This document shows positions 1 through 9,685 of a DNA stretch of 64,000 nt, piece by piece. Location: the IMG/VR virus record IMGVR_UViG_3300047313_000057, positions 54,245-118,244 of that record; one strand, 5' to 3'. The DNA comes from a virus. Lineage: Duplodnaviria; Caudoviricetes. The position numbers were made by a program, and so were the translations under genes. Below the pieces are notes generated by a model. It made no database searches and had not been told where the DNA came from. It saw nothing but the letters and a program-made list of their open reading frames with translations. Position 1 is the first letter of the stretch, and each line of letters starts with the position of its first letter.

Positions 1-313
1 TCCACTCCACGCACACCCGCGGCAGCCCCGTGTTGCTCTTCTGCCCGTCCTTCCCTGCGTTCTCGCGCTTCTCGACCACCTTGCCCTTGCGGCCGTTGAA
101 CACATAGGTCTTGCCGATGACGAGGCCGCGATAGACCCCGTAGCGCACGGAAATCCATTCGCACGCGCCCTGATCGATGGCGAGATTGGGCGAGACGTTC
201 TCGCGCCCGCCGCGGCGGCCGATGGACCGCAGCATGACGCTGAGCGGCGATTCCTCGGTGAAGTCGCGGGTGCCCGCGTATTCGCTGACGCGCCCGCCGT
301 GCCGGCCGGTCAT
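1..313 (-). CDS. hypothetical protein, 3' end outside window (MTGRHGGRVSEYAG...)
   Basis: ATG at 313 overlaps the stop of the upstream ORF (ATGA); frame open to the window edge; translated by hand. Confidence 0.55.
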   Translation of the reverse strand, partial: MTGRHGGRVSEYAGTRDFTEESPLSVMLRSIGRRGGRENVSPNLAIDQGACEWISVRYGVYRGLVIGKTYVFNGRKGKVVEKRENAGKDGQKSNTGLPRVCVEW

Positions 314-549
314 CTGTTCCACCATTTGCGGCGCTCCGAATAGTCCTTCGGCGGACGCGAATACTTGAGTTTGGGCTTCTTGAACACCGGCCCATCGCGC
401 TCTGGCGGATAAACGATGATGCAGCCGTCCGGGATGGTCGGCCAACCGGTGAGGGTCGGCCAACCGGTGACGGTTGCCCCGGTGTATTGCTGACAACTGC
501 AGCATGTCGCCGTGCACGAACAATGCACCGGCATGGGCCACGCAATCAT
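310..549 (-). CDS. small Cys-rich hypothetical protein (79 aa)
   Basis: ATGA coupling at both ends; CSCTATCCSC and TGWPT x2. Confidence 0.55.
   Translation of the reverse strand: MIAWPMPVHCSCTATCCSCQQYTGATVTGWPTLTGWPTIPDGCIIVYPPERDGPVFKKPKLKYSRPPKDYSERRKWWNR
436..470. repeat. 18-bp-period tandem repeat (ggtcggccaaccggtga x2)
   Basis: seen directly; encodes TGWPTL/TGWPTI. Confidence 0.9.
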
Positions 550-1496
550 GACGCCCTCGCCAGCGCGATGGTATCCGTGCGCAGGTTCATCTTCACCTCG
601 GCGAGCGCTCGCCCCAGGCAGTGCTGCGGGGTCAGCATCTCCTTGAACTTGGCGAACTGCGCCGCGTGGACGCCCTTGTAGCCCATGGCCCGGGTCATCA
701 CCGCGAGGTTCATGAAATGATCGAGGTCCTTGGCGAACTTGACGATCTGCGGCCATGGCGAATCGTCCGAGGCCGAATGCGGCTCGGCGACCACCGGCCG
801 GCCCAGGCACAGCGCGGTGTTGCACCGTGTCGATGAGATCAGCCCCATCTCGTCGTATTTGCGGATCTGCAGGATCACCCGCGCCTCGCGCATGATGCGG
901 TCGCGCGTCACCTGATCGGGGAATGTCGCCTCGACCCGGACCGCCTTCTCAGTGCCGATGAACCGCGCCAATGCTTTCAGGATCTTCAGCCGGCGCTTGG
1001 ACAGCGAGCCGAAGAACCCGAAGTCGAACTGCGGCTCGACGCCGTCGGGCGCGCGCACTAGGCTCGGCGCATAGCCGAGTTCGATGTAGGCCGCGGGCGC
1101 CCATTGATTGTACCAGTCGTGGACGTGGGCGCCCGGCACCAGATAGAGGATCGCCTCGGCAAACTCGGCGGCACGGGGGAATTCGGACTGCCGCTTGACC
1201 ATCTCGGCATCGCGCCCGTGGTTGAACCCCTTGGGCGTCGGTTCTTCGGTGGCGATGAACAGGAAGCGGGCCCCCTGTGCATGGGCGCGCCGCAGCACCT
1301 CGGTCGATCCCGGCGTGAAGCCCTCGACGATGACGTTGATGCCCGAATCCGGCATCAGGAAGCGGTCGTTCTTCGGCTCCCACACGACGTTGTGGCCCAG
1401 CGCCTTGAGCTGGTGGCCGACGATGCCCATCGGGTCTTCGAGGGAGCGCTGGCCTAACACGTTATGGTTGAAGAGATTGAATAGAAGTTGTGTCAT
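546..1496 (-). CDS. putative glycosyltransferase (GT-B, CgeB/Glyco_trans_1_2-like C-terminus), paralog A'
   Basis: start MTQLLFNLFNH via ATGA overlap; FDFGFFGSLSKRR...ARVILQIRK...STRCNTALCLGRPVVAE; full-length similarity to 9686-10600. Confidence 0.65.
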   Translation of the reverse strand: MTQLLFNLFNHNVLGQRSLEDPMGIVGHQLKALGHNVVWEPKNDRFLMPDSGINVIVEGFTPGSTEVLRRAHAQGARFLFIATEEPTPKGFNHGRDAEMVKRQSEFPRAAEFAEAILYLVPGAHVHDWYNQWAPAAYIELGYAPSLVRAPDGVEPQFDFGFFGSLSKRRLKILKALARFIGTEKAVRVEATFPDQVTRDRIMREARVILQIRKYDEMGLISSTRCNTALCLGRPVVAEPHSASDDSPWPQIVKFAKDLDHFMNLAVMTRAMGYKGVHAAQFAKFKEMLTPQHCLGRALAEVKMNLRTDTIALARAS

Positions 1497-2224
1497 CGCA
1501 CGATCATCCTCAGCGCCTGTTGCAGGCGCTCCTCGCGCGGCCATTCCTGCGCCGCGAGATCGCGCGAAAACGGCCCCTCCATGCCGTCCGTGCAGCTTGC
1601 CGCGCACCACCGCGCCCAGATCAGCAGGCGCGGCCGGCGCTGCGGGCGCGGCGCCATGTGGCATCCGTGCGGATCGATGAAGAACGTCGTGCCCGCAGGG
1701 CCCAAAACCGTCCGAGTCGGGCGCGCCGGGCGGTAGCCGTTGTAATTTTCGCCCCTGTCCTCGTCGCGATGTGACCCGATCTCGTAGAGATGCGCGCCGT
1801 CGTCGAACGATTCCACGTCCGTCCCGTACATGAATGCGACCAGCATGCGCGGGTTGTCGCGGTCGCGGTGCCAGTCGTGCGTATCGCGATAATGGTGCGG
1901 CGACGGCTGGGTGACGAAGGCGCTGATCGAGTAGAGCAGCGCCTCCTCGCCGAAATAATCCGCGGCGATGTCGTAGCTGCCGAGCGCCCAGGTCAGATAA
2001 TGGGGTGCGGCAAGGACCTCATCGCGATCAAGGCCCATCATCGGCCAGCCGGGGTTTCCCCACACCTCGTCCAGCCGGGCGCGTCGGCGGCCGGACCCGA
2101 AGGTATGGTTGTCGCTGCATGGCGCCTGCTTCAAATGGTGCAGAAGGGCTTCGAGCTTTCCGGCAGACAGCGGCTCTCCGACGGCGGCGCCGTCGCGGCG
2201 CAATTCTTCAGCGATATCGGTCAT
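1493..2224 (-). CDS. PhyH-like 2OG/Fe(II) dioxygenase, paralog P'
   Basis: WHRD (HxD), GPAGT..F.DPHGCH distal His, RPRLLIW; paralog of 5986-6765. Confidence 0.7.
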   Translation of the reverse strand: MTDIAEELRRDGAAVGEPLSAGKLEALLHHLKQAPCSDNHTFGSGRRRARLDEVWGNPGWPMMGLDRDEVLAAPHYLTWALGSYDIAADYFGEEALLYSISAFVTQPSPHHYRDTHDWHRDRDNPRMLVAFMYGTDVESFDDGAHLYEIGSHRDEDRGENYNGYRPARPTRTVLGPAGTTFFIDPHGCHMAPRPQRRPRLLIWARWCAASCTDGMEGPFSRDLAAQEWPREERLQQALRMIVR

Positions 2225-2829
2225 GTCGGATAATAAGCCGGCCAGAGCTCCAGATAGCGCGCATGATCGCTGTCGAAATGCCGGTGCTTGTTCGTTTCGA
2301 TGGCCTCCCGACCCTGATGCTGGATCCGGGCGTCCCGGCAGATCGCAACCGATCCGCCGGCTTCCCAGCAGCGCATCGAAAAATCGACATCGCCGTAGAA
2401 GCTGGCATAGGCCGGATCGAAGAAGCCGATCATGGCGATGGTCTTCCTCGACGTCATGCCCCAGCGGGCATAGGGCCGTATGCCGGCCCGGCAGCCATCG
2501 TCGCCGACGAAGAACTCGCCGATGAACGGCGGGGAATGCCGGTCGATGAACTCCATCATCGTCTCAAGGCAGCGGGTCGTCGGCTTGATTTCGTCGGACA
2601 GCCACGCGACGTGCGTGCTTTTCGAGCGGGTGTGGTCGAGCGCGAGCGCGATCGAGGCGGCGCTGCCGATGCGGTCGTCGTGCACGTTGGTCGCGCGCTT
2701 GACCTTGAACGAGGGCGAGGCGACGACGACGTCGAGGGTGATCGAACTGCAGGCCCGCAGGTCGTCCACGAGAATCTGCGTGAGCCGGCGCGAGCGCGCC
2801 GCGGGAATGATGACGGAACAGAGATTCAT
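2221..2829 (-). CDS. GT2-like (GT-A fold) glycosyltransferase
   Basis: SVIIP N-terminus, WLSDE, IGFFDPAYASFYGDVDFSMR. Confidence 0.7.
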   Translation of the reverse strand: MNLCSVIIPAARSRRLTQILVDDLRACSSITLDVVVASPSFKVKRATNVHDDRIGSAASIALALDHTRSKSTHVAWLSDEIKPTTRCLETMMEFIDRHSPPFIGEFFVGDDGCRAGIRPYARWGMTSRKTIAMIGFFDPAYASFYGDVDFSMRCWEAGGSVAICRDARIQHQGREAIETNKHRHFDSDHARYLELWPAYYPT

Positions 2830-3596
2830 CTGATCGCCATGATGGCCGAAGGATCGTGGTTTTGCCGGATCGTGCAGTCATCCGTCACGAGATGCGCATG
2901 AGCGCCGACGCTGACGTTGACGTTGAAGTCCTGCAAGACCGCCGTGTTCCAGCCCCCGCCATAGCGCGGTGCCCAGCGCGCGACGAAGCGGTGATAGTCC
3001 GCCGGCTCATAGAGTTTCGACTTGCGCACGACGTCGACCAGGCGGCCGTCGGTGTCCTTCGACAGGAAGATCGCCGGCCGGCTGGAAAAGGCACAGAAGC
3101 CGCCGAGGTTCCACACGCGCATGCCGAGATCGCAATCACTGAAGCCCTGCCGGTAATCGCCGTCGAACCAGCCGGCAGACACCGCCCCGGCGCGCCGCAT
3201 CATCGGGAAGTTCGGATAGTACAGGCCGAAGCAGGTCCCGGCCCAGTCGCTGCCGTCATGGCGGTCGTAGCGCAGGCCCATCACCAGCGGCGTGGGACGG
3301 GCGTTTTCGAGTGCCTCGAATTCCGGGATGAGCCATTCGTCCCAGCCATCGCAGAACTCGAAATCGTCGGCCAGCGCAATGACGAAATCGCCCTTTGTCC
3401 ATTGCAGTGCGGCATGCTGAGCCGCAGCCGCCCCGCGCGGTTCGTGTTCCAGCACCCATACGGCGGACGGGGGCGGACGCTCTGGGCTGACGACGACGAT
3501 CTCATGGCTGCAGCGCGTGCCTCGTTCAATGCTGGCAACGCAGCGGGCGAGGTCATGCGGGAAGATCGACGGGATGATGATCGAGACTACGGGCAT
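2826..3596 (-). CDS. GT2-like glycosyltransferase
   Basis: VSIIIPS, EIVVV, GDFVIALADD, GWFDGDYRQGFSDCDLGMRVW. Confidence 0.8.
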   Translation of the reverse strand: MPVVSIIIPSIFPHDLARCVASIERGTRCSHEIVVVSPERPPPSAVWVLEHEPRGAAAAQHAALQWTKGDFVIALADDFEFCDGWDEWLIPEFEALENARPTPLVMGLRYDRHDGSDWAGTCFGLYYPNFPMMRRAGAVSAGWFDGDYRQGFSDCDLGMRVWNLGGFCAFSSRPAIFLSKDTDGRLVDVVRKSKLYEPADYHRFVARWAPRYGGGWNTAVLQDFNVNVSVGAHAHLVTDDCTIRQNHDPSAIMAIR

Positions 3597-4491
3597 TCAA
3601 GTCTTGAACCTTTGCCAGGACATCCCGCCAGAACACGCGCGGATGATGGTGCTCTGTCACATGGGCGTGGAAGCGTCCGGCCATATCCCTGAGCGCATCG
3701 TCATTGCCGCGAGCCCAGGCGATCTTCTGCAGGGCGTCTCCGGGATCCTGGTATTGAAGGTAGAGGTCGTCCGGAAACCACTTGGCTGTGCAGGCGTTGG
3801 CCTTTTCGAGGCAGCATGCTCCAGCCCAGCCTGCTTCGATCACGCGCCCTTTGACGTGCATGCCCCGGCCGGTACCCATGATAGGATGATTGGGGACGAT
3901 TTTGCAGCCACCGAGAAAGCGTCCCATGTCGTGGGGCGACATCCCGTGACGGCGATCAAGCTGCGCATGATCGATCAGCACGTGCACGAAGGCGATACGC
4001 TCCGCATGACCGCCGTCCTCTCCGGCCATGCCGAGAAATGTCGGCCTCGAATCCCAGGCCATCGGCACGAATAGTTCCGGGTCCGTCGGCGTCAACTTGA
4101 CGATCCCGTTGGTAAAGCCGGCGAGCGGCGTGTTGAGGTTCCCATCGATGCTGACCTGTGCCGAAAAACATTGCTCCCTGTCGTACCGGATCAGCCAGTC
4201 CCACCAGTAATCATCGCCCGCATCGCAGCAGATGAGAATCGTTGGGGCCAGATCATGGATTCTTTTGAGGATGTCCACGGACGGAACTGGACGATTGTAA
4301 TACTGCTCCACCGCTCCGACATAGATGACGATCTCCGGCTTGAGCAACTCGACCAGCGCGACAATCTCGCTCTGACGGTCGTGCGAATAGATGTCGTATC
4401 GTTCGACATGGCAGACGTTGCCGGTGCAGATCCACGAGCGCCAGAAATTCTCGCAGTTCATCGAATGGCTGACGAGGAACAGGGCTTGCAT
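3553..4491 (-). CDS. putative glycosyltransferase (CgeB-like), paralog B'
   Basis: CKIVPNH..GTGRGMHVKGRVIEAGWAGACCLE...HHPRVFW; paralog of 5102-5989. Confidence 0.65.
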   Translation of the reverse strand: MQALFLVSHSMNCENFWRSWICTGNVCHVERYDIYSHDRQSEIVALVELLKPEIVIYVGAVEQYYNRPVPSVDILKRIHDLAPTILICCDAGDDYWWDWLIRYDREQCFSAQVSIDGNLNTPLAGFTNGIVKLTPTDPELFVPMAWDSRPTFLGMAGEDGGHAERIAFVHVLIDHAQLDRRHGMSPHDMGRFLGGCKIVPNHPIMGTGRGMHVKGRVIEAGWAGACCLEKANACTAKWFPDDLYLQYQDPGDALQKIAWARGNDDALRDMAGRFHAHVTEHHHPRVFWRDVLAKVQDLNARSLDHHPVDLPA

Positions 4492-4505
4492 GCGTCAGAC
4501 CTCGA

Positions 4506-5105
4506 TCATCTCAATAATGTCGCCAGCAGTCCGGTGTCACGCATATTCCTTGCAAGATCGGCGTGGGAATATCCTGGTATCAATGTCGGCTCGACACCAA
4601 GACGGCGCGCCATGTGAATGTCGAGTTCCGTACCTGGGCCGTCGCTGACGAACGCCTTGATGTTGGAGGTGCAGCCACCCTTGAAGAGGGGAAGAAGATC
4701 GTCAATCGTGAATGGATCGTGTGGCGCCGGCGCCACACGATGGTGCCATTTCGGATCAATATCATCTGTCGCCGTGCCGGTGGTCACCGGTGATATTGCG
4801 ATGATCTCTTCGACTCCAGCAAGTTGTCCATACAGCAGTGCCGCATAGGCGCCGGAAGACACACCTGCCGTCTTGACGCGGTAGCGTCGCGCAAGATCGC
4901 GCAGATAATCGGCGACGGCCTGCCGATCACCGATGCCTTTGATGCCGTGCTGATACCAGCGCGTCGCCGAATCTCTGAACAGAACATGAGGCAACTGGAG
5001 AGCGCTCAACAACCGGCCGAATTGAAACACATGCTGCGTGCCTGCAGCAAATGCAGCAATACATGTCGAATTCCCGGCGTGAAGTCTCTCTTCAAAATCG
5101 ATCAT
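4506..5105 (-). CDS. alpha/beta-hydrolase-fold esterase or acyltransferase
   Basis: GVSSG nucleophile elbow (GxSxG) followed by AYAALLYG; C-terminal D and H. Confidence 0.65.
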   Translation of the reverse strand: MIDFEERLHAGNSTCIAAFAAGTQHVFQFGRLLSALQLPHVLFRDSATRWYQHGIKGIGDRQAVADYLRDLARRYRVKTAGVSSGAYAALLYGQLAGVEEIIAISPVTTGTATDDIDPKWHHRVAPAPHDPFTIDDLLPLFKGGCTSNIKAFVSDGPGTELDIHMARRLGVEPTLIPGYSHADLARNMRDTGLLATLLR

Positions 5106-5989
5106 AGAACACAGGCTTTCGTCAGAACCTTGTCCCAGAATACACGCGGATGATGCTCCCGTTCGACCTTGTCATGAAATCGCGCGGCGACATCATCGCC
5201 CGCTTGCGTCCTGATGATGGCCTCCACTTCGTCGATCGTTTGGGCCGCAAAATATTCATCAGGACGGAACCAGTCCCCCATCAGAGATGGACCGTATTCG
5301 ATGAGTGCGGCTCCGGCAAAGCCACACTCGACAACGCGACCCTTGACATGGGATCGCGTGCCGGTTCCCGTCAACGTGTGGTTAAACACGAAACGGGAAT
5401 TGCCGATGATCGCGGCCATGTCCGCATAGGACCGGCTCGGGGACATCTGATAGAACTGCAGGAGGCCGCGTTCGCACAACCGCGTAATCACATGGCTTCT
5501 ATCACCGCCGCCGATGTTGCCGACGAAACTGAACGGAATCTCCCGCTCATGCCATGGCCGCGGAGAAAACACGCGCGTATCCACAGGTGTCAGCAACGTC
5601 ATGCCTTCGGAAAACGCCGAGAGCGGCGCGTCATGGCCGCCGTCGATGCTCACCTGAACGGTGAAGCATGCCTGATCGTGATAAGTCTGCAATTGCGGCC
5701 ACCACGGCGGATCGGCGGCATCGTCGCACATATGGATGAACGGTGTCACATCGCGGATTCTTCGCAGAATATCGACATTCGGCACTGGGCGGTTATGAGA
5801 TTGTTCGCAGGCGCCGATGAAGACCGCAAAATCCGGCGCTACGCGGCGCACTTCTTCAACAAGTTCACCATGACGGTCGTGCGGTCTGTCGTCGTACTGA
5901 ATGAGATGCACATCATGCCCTGCGGCCTGCAGCGACATCCATTTGTTTTCACAGTCGGACGAAAAGGTATGAAACACAACCGCTTTCAT
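5102..5989 (-). CDS. putative glycosyltransferase (CgeB-like), paralog B
   Basis: FSFVG..R..., SRFVFNH..GTGTRSHVKGRVVECGFAGAALIE...HHPRVFW. Confidence 0.65.
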   Translation of the reverse strand: MKAVVFHTFSSDCENKWMSLQAAGHDVHLIQYDDRPHDRHGELVEEVRRVAPDFAVFIGACEQSHNRPVPNVDILRRIRDVTPFIHMCDDAADPPWWPQLQTYHDQACFTVQVSIDGGHDAPLSAFSEGMTLLTPVDTRVFSPRPWHEREIPFSFVGNIGGGDRSHVITRLCERGLLQFYQMSPSRSYADMAAIIGNSRFVFNHTLTGTGTRSHVKGRVVECGFAGAALIEYGPSLMGDWFRPDEYFAAQTIDEVEAIIRTQAGDDVAARFHDKVEREHHPRVFWDKVLTKACVL

Positions 5990-6765
5990 GATACGACAAG
6001 CCTGATTGCTTCCTGGATCTCCGGATCGGCCGGATAGCGGTCACCGATCAGCGCCTTTGGTACAGGACGCAGATCATCCCATCCGTAGGCCGCAGGAGGA
6101 TCACTGACGCCGTAACGTGCCCATATGAACAGCCGCGGTCCACTGCGCGGGCGCTGTCCCATATGAACGCCGAAGGGTTGTTCGACAAACAGTGTTCCGG
6201 CAGGCCCTTTGATCGTGATGATTGCTTCCGGCGGTGGATTGCCATTGGCGGGACTATGAGATGAACCGCGCTGATACAAATGGAAGCCGTCATTCAAGAC
6301 ATCGGTGCCGAACATGAACAAGCCGAGTTGCTTGCGATCGTCTTCGTCGCGGTGCCAGTCATGGGTTTCGATATAATGCCCGCTTCCCGGCTGGGTCCAG
6401 AAGCAGTGCAACGAATAAAGGCGCGGAAACTCGCCATCAAAATACTGTTTGACCAGCGGAAATACGCTGATCGCGCATTCCAGCCAATGCGGAGCCCCGA
6501 CAACCGTCTCCATCGTCGGGGCGAACGCGGGCCATTCCCCATCGGACCGGGCTTGGCGCATCGTCTTGCTGCCCGCCGGAAATTCCGGCACTTTCGATCT
6601 GGAGGCGACATGCGCACGCCAGACCGGGCGCTCGTCCATGTAGGCGATCATTTCGGCGAGTTCCTGCTCACCGAATCGGCTCGGCGCAATAACGACGCCA
6701 TCGCGCCGTAAATCGTCAAGCAAAGCCGTCCATTCAATCAACGGCATTTTCATCTGCATCATCAC
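5986..6765 (-). CDS. PhyH-like 2OG/Fe(II) dioxygenase, paralog P
   Basis: HDWHRDEDD, GPAGTLFVEQPFGVH, PRLFIWARY. Confidence 0.7.
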   Translation of the reverse strand: MMMQMKMPLIEWTALLDDLRRDGVVIAPSRFGEQELAEMIAYMDERPVWRAHVASRSKVPEFPAGSKTMRQARSDGEWPAFAPTMETVVGAPHWLECAISVFPLVKQYFDGEFPRLYSLHCFWTQPGSGHYIETHDWHRDEDDRKQLGLFMFGTDVLNDGFHLYQRGSSHSPANGNPPPEAIITIKGPAGTLFVEQPFGVHMGQRPRSGPRLFIWARYGVSDPPAAYGWDDLRPVPKALIGDRYPADPEIQEAIRLVVS

Positions 6766-6839
6766 TGCGCCGCCGCCCGCTCCCGTGACACTTCCTCCAG
6801 CAGCTTGCCTGACTTCAAGCGCCGCAGACTTATGGTCAT
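6762..6839 (-). pseudogene. 25-codon mini-ORF whose 3' half is a diverged copy of the radical SAM gene 3' end
   Basis: MTISLRRLKSGKLLEEVSRERAAAQ* vs rSAM end RKLLEEAHAPRERVAAQ*; tcactgcgccgcc-g/a-cccgctcccg at 6762 and 8150. Confidence 0.7.
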
Positions 6840-6881
6840 TTCACATGCCTGTCACAGAGGCATGCCGATATGAGACGGCTC

Positions 6882-7214
6882 TCATATCGTCTTAAAACTT
6901 CCAGACGGCTGGAAAGAACCATTCTGAAACAAAACGATAATCTGCGTTCCAGTCAAGTTGCCAGATGGCGTGTTCTGCTTCTGAGTAACCAGCGGATCCC
7001 CAGCGCTATCCACTTCGATTACGGTTGGCGCATATGACGGTGTCACTTCTGTACCGGCTTGCCAGCCTCGTGATACCGCGGCGGCATCTGCGGTTAATAT
7101 AAAGGCACTGCATACAATATCCCCGACGCGAACGGAATTGGGATTTACGGAACACTGAACGTCTGCGGATGTAGAGTCTACACCCGTCACCGTAGCCATG
7201 TAAAACAGTTTCAT
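6882..7214 (-). CDS. hypothetical protein (lower-GC insert)
   Basis: 110 aa ORF with GGAG RBS; composition differs from flanks. Confidence 0.6.
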   Translation of the reverse strand: MKLFYMATVTGVDSTSADVQCSVNPNSVRVGDIVCSAFILTADAAAVSRGWQAGTEVTPSYAPTVIEVDSAGDPLVTQKQNTPSGNLTGTQIIVLFQNGSFQPSGSFKTI

Positions 7215-7235
7215 TGATCTATCTCCGTCTCTAGC

Positions 7236-8153
7236 TTAGTTTGTCCAAAGGTGAGGCTCACCTTGTGTGGTCCCGCCCATTGGGGGAATTACCACACAAG
7301 ACGAAAAGTATTCTCGCAAGTGCGCTGCAGGATAGTTTCCTAACGTTGGTCTCGGACAACCCAGCGGAGTCGTGCTGTTGTCCTGGTTCTGCTCAAAGAA
7401 CACGCCATGGTGTCCAATCAACCTGGATATTCCTTCTCCATAGACTCGGACTTGGTGAACTGACATCTCAGCCATGGATAACGTGTTTATCACCAAATCA
7501 ATTGGTTTCACCAAGGATTCAAACAGGTAATTCGGAACCAGACTAACGCGATCCATTTCACCAGCCAGCGCCAAGTATGATCCAGAGAACAACAAACATT
7601 CTGGCAAGTCACAGATTGTGTATTTCGCTTTTGGGAATATTCTCAACAATGCCAATGCGATACTTCCGTACCCCCCGCCAATCTCCAAAATCACAGGTTC
7701 CGCTATCTGATCCAATTTATCCAGAACACCACCTGATAGCATCAGATTAATACGTTCCTGATAGACAGATGTATCATGATTGACAATCACCCCGCGGATC
7801 ACGGGACCACATTCACCGGGGAGCGGCAACGGGTTGACAAGATACCGATCTGCAATGTTGGCTGTGTCCGCTGTCCACTTGGCAACGCTTGAGTCCAGCT
7901 CATGCGAATCTGGAATGCTCCTTCCCGTGAATTGTGCACTTTCATGCCGAAGAACGTAAGGTATACTATCAATATCACAATCACGGAGCTTACGATAAGA
8001 TTCCGTCATGTGACGGGTCTCAAGATTCCAATTGCAATCGGGCATGCCAAAGGATCTATCGATCCCGCGTTCTGCTATGATCTCCTCCCGCACCTCAACG
8101 AGATAGGAAATGTTTTGGCGCAGTCTAATAATATCCACTGATCCGGCTTTCAC
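7236..8153 (-). CDS. putative sugar O-methyltransferase (SAM-dependent, NanM/TIGR04371-like)
   Basis: ILEIGGGYG motif I, YTICDLPECL, DLVINTLSMAEM; GTG start overlapping the rSAM stop; lower GC. Confidence 0.75.
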   Translation of the reverse strand: MKAGSVDIIRLRQNISYLVEVREEIIAERGIDRSFGMPDCNWNLETRHMTESYRKLRDCDIDSIPYVLRHESAQFTGRSIPDSHELDSSVAKWTADTANIADRYLVNPLPLPGECGPVIRGVIVNHDTSVYQERINLMLSGGVLDKLDQIAEPVILEIGGGYGSIALALLRIFPKAKYTICDLPECLLFSGSYLALAGEMDRVSLVPNYLFESLVKPIDLVINTLSMAEMSVHQVRVYGEGISRLIGHHGVFFEQNQDNSTTPLGCPRPTLGNYPAAHLREYFSSCVVIPPMGGTTQGEPHLWTN

Positions 8154-9664
8154 TGCGCCGCCACCCGCTCCCGCGGCGCATGCGCCTCCTCCAGGAGCTT
8201 CCTCGGCAGCGTCCTCAATGCCATCTGTCCCACATGCCTGACCGCCTCCGCGCCGAACTTCCTCCCCGTATCGTCAAGGAACCGGGCCGAGGAGAAATAC
8301 GTGCGGAACGCCTCGTCGCGGAAGCCGAGCACCGCCGCCGCATCGACGTGGCGGGTATCGAGCGGCCTCGTATCATAGCCATGCTGGCTATAGCCCGACC
8401 AGCAGTCCGGTAAGGCCCAGCCCTTCTTCACCGCCTCGTCATAGAGCGGCGATCCCGGATAGGCCATGGCCGAATAGAAATTCGCCCATTCGGTGCGCAG
8501 GTCCATCGCCATCTGCAAGGTGCGGCGCATCGAGTCGAGGTCGTCGTCGGGCAGGCCGAAGATATAGTTGCCGATGACGTTGATGCCGGCATCCTGGATC
8601 GTCTTGACCGTACCGGCGATATCGTCGCGCCTGAGGCGTTTGCCGGCGCCGTCGCGCACATAACTCGACTCGCTCTCGATGCCGAGCGCCAGCCAGCGGA
8701 TGCCCGCCTTGCGCAATGCGCTGAGGTTCTGCGGCGGCACCGTGTCGACGCGGGTATAGGCCCAGATATTGAGATCGTCCGCGAACGGCAGCGCCGCGAG
8801 GCCCTCGCAGATCGCACCATAATGGGCCGGGTCAAGCACGAACATCTCGTCGGTGATCTTCAATGTCCGCACGCCGTAGCGCCGGTAGAGCCTCTCGACT
8901 TCGGCGATCACCTCGGCCGGCGCGCGCTTGCGGTAGCGCCGTCCGCCGAACGGCGCGTTGATGCAGCAGAACGAACAGGCGAACGGGCAGCCGAGCGAGG
9001 TATAGATCGAAGCATAGGGCTGCCGGCTGGTGAGGTCGTCGAGGCATTGCCAGTTGTGGGCCCGGTATTTCCCCATCGGCAGCTTGTGCCACATGTCGCC
9101 GTGATAGAGCGAGAGGTCCTCGATCGGGGCAAACGGCATGTTCTTGACGAACGATCCGCCGCCACCCCGCCACATCAGCCCGGGGACGTGATCGATACGC
9201 TTGCCCTGCAGGAGGTCGCAGAGGGTGGCCGGCCCCTCGCCGGCGCAGACATAGTCTATGGCCTCGCATTCGCGCAGCGTCTGTTCCGGCAGCGCCGAAA
9301 CATGCCCGCCGACGACGGCGATCTTGGCCGCCGAGCACGTGCGCAACGACCGTGCGATGGCGTAGACCGTGTCCATCTGCTGCGTCGAGGCGGACGGCTG
9401 ATGGCCGTAGGCGACGATGCAGGCGACGCGCGGCGCCAGCGCAAAGGCGTCGAGGCCGACGGCCGAGGGCGCGAGGCCGTTCGCCTCGGCGTCGATGATC
9501 CGCACCGAATAGCCGCGGTCCGCGGCATAGCCCGCGATCAGCCGGCACCACAGCGGCGGCTCGACGGCGATCAGATCCCCCGGCAGGTCGCCATAGGCGC
9601 GCCCCGAGCCGGGATGGATCAGCAGGAGGTCCAGCGGCGCGTTCACGACGTTGAGTTCAACCAT
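8150..9664 (-). CDS. cobalamin-binding radical SAM enzyme (class B methyltransferase-like)
   Basis: N-terminal B12-binding-like domain (VVGGHVS...DYVCAGEG), TSLGCPFACSFC (CxxxCxxC), GIES, YIFGLP, AYPGSPLY. Confidence 0.85.
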   Translation of the reverse strand: MVELNVVNAPLDLLLIHPGSGRAYGDLPGDLIAVEPPLWCRLIAGYAADRGYSVRIIDAEANGLAPSAVGLDAFALAPRVACIVAYGHQPSASTQQMDTVYAIARSLRTCSAAKIAVVGGHVSALPEQTLRECEAIDYVCAGEGPATLCDLLQGKRIDHVPGLMWRGGGGSFVKNMPFAPIEDLSLYHGDMWHKLPMGKYRAHNWQCLDDLTSRQPYASIYTSLGCPFACSFCCINAPFGGRRYRKRAPAEVIAEVERLYRRYGVRTLKITDEMFVLDPAHYGAICEGLAALPFADDLNIWAYTRVDTVPPQNLSALRKAGIRWLALGIESESSYVRDGAGKRLRRDDIAGTVKTIQDAGINVIGNYIFGLPDDDLDSMRRTLQMAMDLRTEWANFYSAMAYPGSPLYDEAVKKGWALPDCWSGYSQHGYDTRPLDTRHVDAAAVLGFRDEAFRTYFSSARFLDDTGRKFGAEAVRHVGQMALRTLPRKLLEEAHAPRERVAAQ

Positions 9665-9685
9665 CCATCACCTTTCATTTGCGGA

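Noticed and set aside
310-9664. RiPP/glycocin gene cluster (Cys-rich peptide + radical SAM + GT)
   Set aside because: No leader/core layout, RRE, SPASM domain or peptidase-transporter; the Cys cluster is N-terminal.
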